Shown one piece after another: positions 57,212 to 64,000 of a stretch of 64,000 nt of DNA. The position numbers and the translations under genes are program-made. Origin of the DNA: Candidatus Doudnabacteria bacterium (lineage in GTDB: Bacteria > Patescibacteriota > Doudnabacteria > UBA920); the NCBI GenBank assembly GCA_963768175.1, contig CAVYGQ010000002.1, positions 80,284 through 144,283 of the forward strand, written 5' to 3'. The notes under the pieces were generated by a model. That model was not told the origin of the DNA. It searched no databases and worked only from the letters and a program-made list of their open reading frames with translations. The number at the start of each line of letters is the position of its first letter. Position 1 is the stretch's first letter.

Positions 57212-58249
57212 TTATTCCCAAGCTAATTTATTTTTAAATTCAACCAGCTTATTACCAGCTTTTATTGTGCCAACGGGGTAAGCCTTTACGCCGGATTTTT
57301 GCAAATGGTTAATTACGGATTGGACAAAATCTTTTTTTACGACAGCGGTTATGCCAACTCCCATATTAAAAGTTTTTAGCATATCGACATCTTCAAGTCG
57401 GCCGAATTTTTTTAAAATTTTAAAAATAGGCAAGATTATAATTTTACTAAGATCTATTTGGGCGTTTAGTTTTTGAGGTAAAATCCTGTCCAAATTTTCC
57501 TTAATGCCCCCTCCGGTAATATGTGCCAAGCCGGTTAGTCCAGGTTTGCCAAAAAGTCCTTTAAGACTATTGTAGTAACAGCGATGAGGAGTAAGGATGG
57601 TTTTTAGAAAGCTTTGTCCATTTATTTTTGAGTTTAAAATTTTAGGCCGCTCCTTCATAATTTTTCTCACCAACGAGTAGCCGTTGGTGTGAAGACCACT
57701 GGAAGCCAAGGCCAAGACGATATCGCCGGATTTGATTCTGGAACCGTCAATAATGTCCCCTTTTTCCACTACCCCGATTATACTGGCACTCAAAATGTAA
57801 GTTCCGGCTTCCACCACTCCGGGCTGTTCCGAGGTTTCGCCGCCGGTTAAGACGCATCCGTTTTGTTTGCAGGCTTGGGCTAATGAAGAAACGATTTTCA
57901 CCACAATTTTCTTTTCCATTTTCCCGCAAACAATGCAATCCTGTACGGACAGCGGTGTGGCACCCATAACAATAGCATCGTTAATCAGATGTCCTATAAG
58001 GTCATAGCAGATGGTTTGAACGCTGTTATTCTGTAAAGCCAATTTTTGTTTTGTTCCCGGCTCCTCGGTTTTAAATACTAAGACCGGATGTCTATATCCG
58101 GGAAAACGGCCGTCAAACAGCGTGGCAAACGCGCCTACCTTATTTAGTACCTTGGAATTGTTAGTTTTTAGCGCTTTTGCCATTTGGCGTTTGCTATCGT
58201 TGGCAACGTCAATGTTTACCCCAGATGTTTTGTAAGATAACTTTACCAT
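57212..58249 (-). CDS. purM: phosphoribosylformylglycinamidine cyclo-ligase (AIR synthase)
   Basis: GLAHITGGG and PurM N/C-terminal domains. Confidence 0.9.
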   Translation of the reverse strand: MVKLSYKTSGVNIDVANDSKRQMAKALKTNNSKVLNKVGAFATLFDGRFPGYRHPVLVFKTEEPGTKQKLALQNNSVQTICYDLIGHLINDAIVMGATPLSVQDCIVCGKMEKKIVVKIVSSLAQACKQNGCVLTGGETSEQPGVVEAGTYILSASIIGVVEKGDIIDGSRIKSGDIVLALASSGLHTNGYSLVRKIMKERPKILNSKINGQSFLKTILTPHRCYYNSLKGLFGKPGLTGLAHITGGGIKENLDRILPQKLNAQIDLSKIIILPIFKILKKFGRLEDVDMLKTFNMGVGITAVVKKDFVQSVINHLQKSGVKAYPVGTIKAGNKLVEFKNKLAWE

Positions 58250-58762
58250 CTATTTGCTCTTTAAATATTTTTTATACCCTTGCTTTTTTAACTTTTTGGC
58301 CTTGGTATTTATGGAACTTGCTAAGGCTCTTTTGTAGTTAGATAATTTTTTAGCCAAGCTTCCATCAGTCGTCGCTAAAATTTGTACTGCTAAAAGCCCC
58401 GCGTTTTTCGCGCCGTCAATTGCCATGGTGGCTACTGGAACGCCGGGAGGCATTTGGAGCGTGGATAAAAATGCGTCTAAGCCGTTAAGTTTCCAGTTTA
58501 TCGGTACGCCAATAATGGGTAAAGTAGTATTTGCTGCCATCGCGCCTGCCAAATGCGCGGCGCCGCCGGCGCTGGCGATTATTACTTTTAGCCCGCGGCC
58601 AATAGCTGTTGTAGCGTATTCGTGTGCTTGCTTTGGCGTGCGGTGGGCAGAGCAAACGGTTATTTCAAAAGGCACGCCGAATTTTTCCAAAACCTTGGCC
58701 GCTTCCTGCATTACCGGAAGGTCGCTGTCGCTGCCCATTATAATTCCGACTTTTGGGTTCAT
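58250..58762 (-). CDS. purE: 5-(carboxyamino)imidazole ribonucleotide mutase
   Basis: VGIIMGSDSDLPVM and IIASAGGAAHL motifs. Confidence 0.9.
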   Translation of the reverse strand: MNPKVGIIMGSDSDLPVMQEAAKVLEKFGVPFEITVCSAHRTPKQAHEYATTAIGRGLKVIIASAGGAAHLAGAMAANTTLPIIGVPINWKLNGLDAFLSTLQMPPGVPVATMAIDGAKNAGLLAVQILATTDGSLAKKLSNYKRALASSINTKAKKLKKQGYKKYLKSK

Positions 58763-58783
58763 AAATATAATCTTAATTAATTT

Positions 58784-58993
58784 TTAAATTGGATCATCCA
58801 TATAATCTTGCGTATCTTCTTCCTCACCTTTTCCTATACCGGTAATAGGTTCATGTGGAGGTGGAAATTTAGGGAGTTCTCCATGAGGTTTTTTTGGCGG
58901 AAGAGGCCTGAATTGAGGTTCTCCCCTAAGGTTTTGTTGTATTGTTTCTTTCATAATTTTAAGGTTAGTTATTTCTAATCTTAATTTTAGCAT
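58784..58993 (-). CDS. small hypothetical Pro-rich protein
   Basis: 69-aa ORF between purE and the HAD gene; no recognisable motif. Confidence 0.25.
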   Translation of the reverse strand: MLKLRLEITNLKIMKETIQQNLRGEPQFRPLPPKKPHGELPKFPPPHEPITGIGKGEEEDTQDYMDDPI

Positions 58994-59006
58994 AAACCCA
59001 TATAAG

Positions 59007-59705
59007 TTAGGAATTGAGTTTTTTAATAATCCTAATCAAATCTTTTATATTATTGATTAAAAAGTCAGAATGGTGTTTTTTGAGGCGGGCGATGCTGTTC
59101 CAGCCGCCAGCCAGAGCAACGGTATGGTAACCAAATTGTTTGCCTATTTCGATTTCTTCTTCCGTATCACCCACAGAAATTATCTCAGATGGTTTTAATT
59201 TATTTTTTTTGGCGTAATTTTTGAGCTTGTCGGCCTTACTTCTGTTATGTAGGTGCGATCGGTCGCCCTCCATTCTGGCTAAGGTTGTCGCAAAATACTT
59301 TTTTATTTTAAGTCTTATGAGATGCTTGTTTATGTCAAAAATAGTGTGATTACTATATATAATACTTACAATAGATTGCCCCTCTAGCCATTCCAAAGTT
59401 GTTTTTACTCCGCCACGGGTACGACAGTGTTTGGCTTGTATTTCGTAGTTTGAATGAAAGATCCGATTAATTTTAGTAAAATTTTTATTAAAAAATTTAA
59501 TATCAAATCCAGCCTTAAGCCAATAATTTTTTACAGGGATTTCAAAAGTTTTTTGAAAATGTGCTAAGCTTATAGGTCTTAGTTTGAACTTAACCAACGT
59601 TAAGCTATTGGCTCTGATATTGGCATTAGTATCAGCGAGGATTGTTCCGTTCCAGTCAAAGGCGATTAATTTTATTGCCATAAAATTTTCTTTTTCCGGC
59701 GTCAT
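59007..59705 (-). CDS. HAD-family hydrolase
   Basis: IAFDWNGTIL motif I and GDTEEEIEIG motif IV region. Confidence 0.7.
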   Translation of the reverse strand: MTPEKENFMAIKLIAFDWNGTILADTNANIRANSLTLVKFKLRPISLAHFQKTFEIPVKNYWLKAGFDIKFFNKNFTKINRIFHSNYEIQAKHCRTRGGVKTTLEWLEGQSIVSIIYSNHTIFDINKHLIRLKIKKYFATTLARMEGDRSHLHNRSKADKLKNYAKKNKLKPSEIISVGDTEEEIEIGKQFGYHTVALAGGWNSIARLKKHHSDFLINNIKDLIRIIKKLNS

Positions 59706-59795
59706 TCTGAGCCCGAATGCATCTGAGGGCGAAGAATCTTTTCAACTTTGATGGGATCCTTCGCTCGATGAACTCGCTCAGGATGACGCCACAGT
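59690..59795. repeat. palindromic element GTCATTCTGAGC...GCTCAGGATGAC
   Basis: Inverted arms around GATCCTTCGCTCGA; related to the 31327 and 53216 elements. Confidence 0.5.
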
Positions 59796-61193
59796 GGTAA
59801 GTGATTGCTGCCCGATGTCGGTGCGGTAGTGTAAGCCGTCAAAATTTATCAGTTTTATCGCGGCGTAGGCTTTGTTTAAGGCGGATTGCAAATCATCGGC
59901 AACTGCCGTAACTCCCAGGACGCGGCCGCCGTTGGTGATAACCCCTCCTCGCCCCCCCTCTGCAAGGGGGGGAACGGAAGGAGAAAAGGCTGTACCAGCG
60001 TGGAAAATTATTATGTCATCCAGCTTTTCCGCTTCCTCTATCCCTGTGATAATTTTGCCTTTTTCGTATTTGCCGGGATAGCCGCCGCTTGATAAAACAA
60101 TGCAGCAGGCGTACTGTTTGGACCATTCAATTTTAACATCTGCTAATTTACCGCCTATACAAGCTTCCAAAATATCCAGCAAATCGGTCTTTAAAAGGCG
60201 CATATAGCTTTGCGTTTCCGGGTCGCCAAAGCGGGAGTTGAATTCTATAACCTTAGGGCCGTCTTTGGTCATCATCAGCCCCGGATAAAGTAAGCCCACA
60301 AACGGCAAACCCAGGTTTTTTAATCTTTCCAGCGCCGGTTTTACAATTTTTGACGAGACCTCGTCCATTATTGCTTCGCTAACCCACGGCACCGGGGCAA
60401 TGGTGCCCATACCACCCGTGTTTGGGCCTAAGCCTCCATCGAAAATCGGTTTATGGTCTTGGGACGAGGGCAGTAATTGGAAATCATTCCCGTCGGAAAA
60501 AGCGTGGATGGAAAATTCTTGTCCTTGCAAAAACTCTTCTACAACAACTTCGTTTCCGGCATCGCCAAAAATTTTATTAACCATCACGTCCTGCAAGAAT
60601 TTTTTAGCTTCATCCAAAGTTTTACAAACGCTCACGCCCTTGCCTAAAGCCAGACCGGAGGCTTTGATGACGATTTTTCTTTCTTTTCCTCCCCCTTCAG
60701 GGGGGAGGCTAGGTGGGGGTGAAGCAGGACTTGTCGTGTTCCACCCTCCCCCAGCCCCTCCCGTCAAGGGAGGGGAAAGATAATAGGATTCTATATATTG
60801 CAAAGCCTTTTCATAGTCCGCAAACGTCTTGAATTCTGCAGTTGGGATGTTATTTTTTTGCATTAGCTCTTTGGCAAAAGCCTTGCTGGCTTCTATTTGC
60901 GCGGCCTGCTTGTTCGGGCCCCAAATTTTAAGCCCGCGTTTTTGAAATTCATCCACAGCCCCCAAAGCCAAAGCATCATCCGGGCCGACAACGGTTAAAT
61001 CTATCTGATTTTTTTCAGCCCAATCGGCCAAAGCTAAAACATCGTTTGCGCCAATCGCAACATTTTCCCCAAGCTGTGCGGTGCCCGCATTGCCCGGCGC
61101 GGTATAAATTTTGCCCACGCGAGGAGACTGTTTAAGCTTCCATGCCAAAGCGTGTTCGCGCCCGCCACTGCCGATTATAAGTAAATTGACCAT
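59778..61193 (-). CDS. purD: phosphoribosylamine-glycine ligase carrying in-frame low-complexity insertions
   Basis: MVNLLIIGSGGREHALAWK N-terminus, ATP-grasp core; extra segments SPPLTGGAGGGWNTTSPASPPPSLPPEGGGK and SVPPLAEGGRGG are not in canonical PurD. Confidence 0.9.
   Translation of the reverse strand: MVNLLIIGSGGREHALAWKLKQSPRVGKIYTAPGNAGTAQLGENVAIGANDVLALADWAEKNQIDLTVVGPDDALALGAVDEFQKRGLKIWGPNKQAAQIEASKAFAKELMQKNNIPTAEFKTFADYEKALQYIESYYLSPPLTGGAGGGWNTTSPASPPPSLPPEGGGKERKIVIKASGLALGKGVSVCKTLDEAKKFLQDVMVNKIFGDAGNEVVVEEFLQGQEFSIHAFSDGNDFQLLPSSQDHKPIFDGGLGPNTGGMGTIAPVPWVSEAIMDEVSSKIVKPALERLKNLGLPFVGLLYPGLMMTKDGPKVIEFNSRFGDPETQSYMRLLKTDLLDILEACIGGKLADVKIEWSKQYACCIVLSSGGYPGKYEKGKIITGIEEAEKLDDIIIFHAGTAFSPSVPPLAEGGRGGVITNGGRVLGVTAVADDLQSALNKAYAAIKLINFDGLHYRTDIGQQSLTTVASS
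59944..59980. repeat. GC-rich palindrome inside purD (encodes PPLAEGG on the minus strand)
   Basis: CCCCCCC-TCTGCAA-GGGGGGG. Confidence 0.8.
60688..60775. repeat. cluster of GC-rich palindromes inside purD
   Basis: CCTCCCCC-TTCA-GGGGGGAGG and CCCCTCCC-GTCAA-GGGAGGGG, in frame. Confidence 0.8.
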
Positions 61194-61256
61194 AAAGTTT
61201 AGTTAAATTTCCGCCAGAGGCGGATCCGCCTACGGCGGAAAATAAAATTGACAAAA

Positions 61257-61604
61257 TTATAGAAACAACGCGGCGACAAAACCTAAAATGCCAAAAATCA
61301 AGCCAATAAAAGCTCCCTTAGTCGGCGTTTGGCCGCCGACGAAATAAGCCATAAACGGTTCTATAATCAAAATGGAAGTAATGGATATTACGCTGACTAT
61401 CCAAATATTTTTAAAGTTTTTTAGGCCAAGCATGTAACCGGCGAGCAGGAAGATGCCGGAAATTAAGATCATCGGCCAGATCCTAAAAAAGACCCTGGCA
61501 AAAGATTCGGCATGTGTATGGTAATATCGGGCGCCAAAAATTTCGGCGTAAATGCCGGCGAGCTCACCGATAATTATGATTGTCGCGGCTAAAAATTTGT
61601 TCAT
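61257..61604 (-). CDS. hypothetical membrane protein
   Basis: 115 aa, four TM segments; inside the pur operon. Confidence 0.4.
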   Translation of the reverse strand: MNKFLAATIIIIGELAGIYAEIFGARYYHTHAESFARVFFRIWPMILISGIFLLAGYMLGLKNFKNIWIVSVISITSILIIEPFMAYFVGGQTPTKGAFIGLIFGILGFVAALFL

Positions 61605-61644
61605 ATTTTAAGTCACATTATTTAACGACCGTTAAATAATGTGA

Positions 61645-62244
61645 TTATGTTGTTGTCAATTTTTGGAGTACTTCCACATAAAGCTGATTTTCTTTGGCTT
61701 TGAGCCTGGCATACAGAGAATCAACGTTATCGCTTGCCTGGATTTTTTCAAACACCCGTCCCAGCACCGGGCCAAAGTCAAAGTTTAGAGTTAAAAAGTG
61801 GATGGAGGAGCCGGCATATGCGGCTTTTTGGTTTAAAAAATTTGCTATTGCTTTTTCGGTCAGCATCCCTTTGTTCCACAAACCATCGGTGTTGTCAGGA
61901 TTTTTTACAATGCCATCAACCGTATTCGGAATAAGGCCTGGGTGTAGGTTTAAAATTTTATTGGGGAAAGCCAAAATAACCTCGTCTAAAATGATTTGTT
62001 TCCAGCCGGCCAGGCAAATGTAATCGGGCTGTAATTTTTTAAGTAACGGCAACAATTCTTCCTTGCGCGGGCAGATTTGAATCGGTAAATTATGTTTTTT
62101 GGCGCGCTCCAAACCTAAGGCGTCGGCTTTGTCGGAAATTACGGCCGCGATTTTGGCTTTAATTTTACTTTGGGCAATTCCATCAATAATTGCCTGCAGG
62201 TTGGTGCCGGTGCCGGCGTTGGAAATAAGGACGACGAGGTTCAT
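61645..62244 (-). CDS. purN: phosphoribosylglycinamide formyltransferase
   Basis: MNLVVLISNAGTGTNLQAIID ... NLHPGLIP formyltransferase motifs. Confidence 0.85.
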   Translation of the reverse strand: MNLVVLISNAGTGTNLQAIIDGIAQSKIKAKIAAVISDKADALGLERAKKHNLPIQICPRKEELLPLLKKLQPDYICLAGWKQIILDEVILAFPNKILNLHPGLIPNTVDGIVKNPDNTDGLWNKGMLTEKAIANFLNQKAAYAGSSIHFLTLNFDFGPVLGRVFEKIQASDNVDSLYARLKAKENQLYVEVLQKLTTT

Positions 62245-62355
62245 AAAGTTAATGACAAAAATTAAATAAATGACAAAATTGACAAAAATGAATGCAGTTA
62301 TTTTTGTTCATTTCCGTCCGCCTCGGCTCGCGCCGGGCGAGACGGGTCGTTTTTT

Positions 62356-63840
62356 TCATCCTTGTTCACTTTTCTGGTATACCGGCTCTTTAACATCCGC
62401 TTGTTTTTCTTTTAAGTCTATCGGGTAATGTCCGGTAAAGCAGGAAGTGCAGAAAAGTTCTTCCGAGAGTCCGGTAGATTTTATTAAACCTTTGAGCGAT
62501 AAAAAGCAGAGTGAGGTGGCACCTAAAAACTGCCGAATTTCTTCCACGGTTTTATGCGAAGCAATCAGCTTTTCCTGTTTAGGTGTGTCTATGCCGTAAA
62601 AGTCGGGAAACTTTACCGGCGGTGAGCTGATAAGCATGTGAACTTCTGTGCAGCCGGCCTCAAACAACATTTTTACCAATTGGCGGGAAGTGGTGCCGCG
62701 GACAATGGAGTCGTCCATGACAATAACTTTTTTGCCCTTTAAAACTTCGGTCAAGGGAGTAAGTTTTAATTTTACCCCCAGGTCGCGGCTGTGCTGTTCG
62801 GGCTGGATGAATGTCCTATGGATGTAACGGTTTTTTACCAAGGCCATTTCCATTGGGATAGCGGAAACGCTGCTGTAACCGCTGGCCACCGGGTAGGCGG
62901 TTTCCGGGACCGGAACCACAATATCGGCATTTTTAGGGTATTCTTTAAACAGCTGGATGCCAAAGTTTTTGCGGACTTCGTAAATTGACTTGCCTAAAAT
63001 GTTGCTGTCGGGGCGAGCAAAGTAAACAAATTCAAAAATATCCACTTTAGTTTTGCTCGGCTCAATTTGTACGGACTCAACGCCGTTTTTGGTAACAATT
63101 ACCATTTCACCGGGATTGACTTCGCGCACAAAGTCCGCGCCGACGGTATGGAAGGCGCAGGATTCGGAGGCAAAAACTATGGCGTCGCCGTTAACCCCGT
63201 TAGAAGTCTGATGCGCTTGCGCATCAGCAGTCCCGACTTCTGGTCGGGACTGACTTCTAATGGGGTAAATCTTCCCCATACACAGGGGCCTGATGCCAAA
63301 AGTGTCGCGCACCGCCACCAAGGTATCTTTGGTTAAAATTGTCAGACAAAAAGCGCCAGTAAACAGCGGATAGCTTTTTACTACGGCGTCTTTAATTGAC
63401 AGTCCGTGTTCCAGATAGTAGCCTAAGGTTTTGGCCATAAGCTCGGAGTCCGAGCAGTCGTTGGTGGGAATGTCTTTTGCTTCCAAGAATTCTTTAAGCA
63501 GCCTTACCGAGGGCAGGTTGCCGTTGTGGGCCAAAGCCAACTGGTTGTCAATTACTACGGGTTGGGCGTGTTTAATGTTTGAACCTTCGGAGGTGGAATA
63601 ACGGTTATGACCAATGGCTATATGGCCTTTTAAATTTTGGATGGTTTCTTCATTATAGACATGGGTAACCAAACCCATATTTTTATAGCAATCTATGTGG
63701 TTGCCGTCGGCCGTGGCAATGCCGCTGCTTTCTTGGCCGCGGTGCTGGAGCGCGAACAAACCGTAAAACGTCAGGCGGCTGACGTCCAAATTTTTGCCGT
63801 AGATGCCGAAGACGCCGCATTTTTCTCCGAGATTTTCCAT
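62356..63840 (-). CDS. purF: amidophosphoribosyltransferase carrying an in-frame insertion
   Basis: MCGVFGIYG N-terminal nucleophile, PRTase domain; about 20 extra residues (SQSRPEVGTADAQAHQTSNGVNG) relative to canonical PurF. Confidence 0.9.
   Translation of the reverse strand: MENLGEKCGVFGIYGKNLDVSRLTFYGLFALQHRGQESSGIATADGNHIDCYKNMGLVTHVYNEETIQNLKGHIAIGHNRYSTSEGSNIKHAQPVVIDNQLALAHNGNLPSVRLLKEFLEAKDIPTNDCSDSELMAKTLGYYLEHGLSIKDAVVKSYPLFTGAFCLTILTKDTLVAVRDTFGIRPLCMGKIYPIRSQSRPEVGTADAQAHQTSNGVNGDAIVFASESCAFHTVGADFVREVNPGEMVIVTKNGVESVQIEPSKTKVDIFEFVYFARPDSNILGKSIYEVRKNFGIQLFKEYPKNADIVVPVPETAYPVASGYSSVSAIPMEMALVKNRYIHRTFIQPEQHSRDLGVKLKLTPLTEVLKGKKVIVMDDSIVRGTTSRQLVKMLFEAGCTEVHMLISSPPVKFPDFYGIDTPKQEKLIASHKTVEEIRQFLGATSLCFLSLKGLIKSTGLSEELFCTSCFTGHYPIDLKEKQADVKEPVYQKSEQG
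63201..63259. repeat. nested palindrome (cloverleaf-like) inside purF
   Basis: TAGAAGTC[CTGATGCGC-TTG-GCGCATCAG][CAGTCCCGAC-TTCTG-GTCGGGACTG]GACTTCTA. Confidence 0.8.
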
Positions 63841-64000
63841 AAATTCTTTTTACGAGGTACGAAACTAAAATTTATATATGATTTAAGTCCGGGTCGCCTT
63901 GTTCAGCGGCTTCATTCCACCCCTTTTCCCACTTAGTGATCTGTTCTGGGGCTAGTCCCGGAGGTTTTTCTGAAAACTCAACACCTCTTTTGAAAGCATC

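Overview
This 64-kb window looks like a small-genome, AT-rich bacterium of Patescibacteria/CPR style; that assignment is an inference from gene content only. Housekeeping genes on both strands include ppsA, the dnaG-rpoD pair, pyrD, an ABC transporter pair, mscL, uppP and a minus-strand purine operon (purF-purN-purD-purE-purM-purC-purB). There are two restriction-modification modules: a LexA(S24)-methyltransferase fusion with a PD-ExK nuclease and a C-protein, and an MmeI-like type IIL enzyme preceded by an AbrB-like gene. A LexA-like repressor is tightly coupled to a DUF3800-like gene. A tRNA-Ser(GGA) gene and a tRNA-Asn(GUU) gene interrupted by a 212-nt group I intron in the anticodon loop are present. 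The tRNA-Asn gene is bracketed by a perfect 20-bp inverted repeat. Next to it lies an IS3-family element, followed by a ~13-kb accessory array (35.3-48.2 kb) of co-directional small genes separated by ten copies of a composite ~100-180-bp repeat. Each repeat carries arms that resemble the tRNA-Asn 3' half, a terminator-like hairpin and a conserved TATAAT promoter box. The array cargo includes an ArsR/thioredoxin-like/ArsP-like operon, a HigB/HigA-like toxin-antitoxin pair, two ICMT-like methyltransferases, a response-regulator receiver, a pilin and duplicated small membrane proteins. Several families of palindromic repeats occur in intergenic regions, and in-frame GC-rich palindromic mini-insertions sit inside the purD and purF coding sequences. 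A 74-bp direct repeat duplicates the mscL 3' end about 2.7 kb downstream. No CRISPR array was found.
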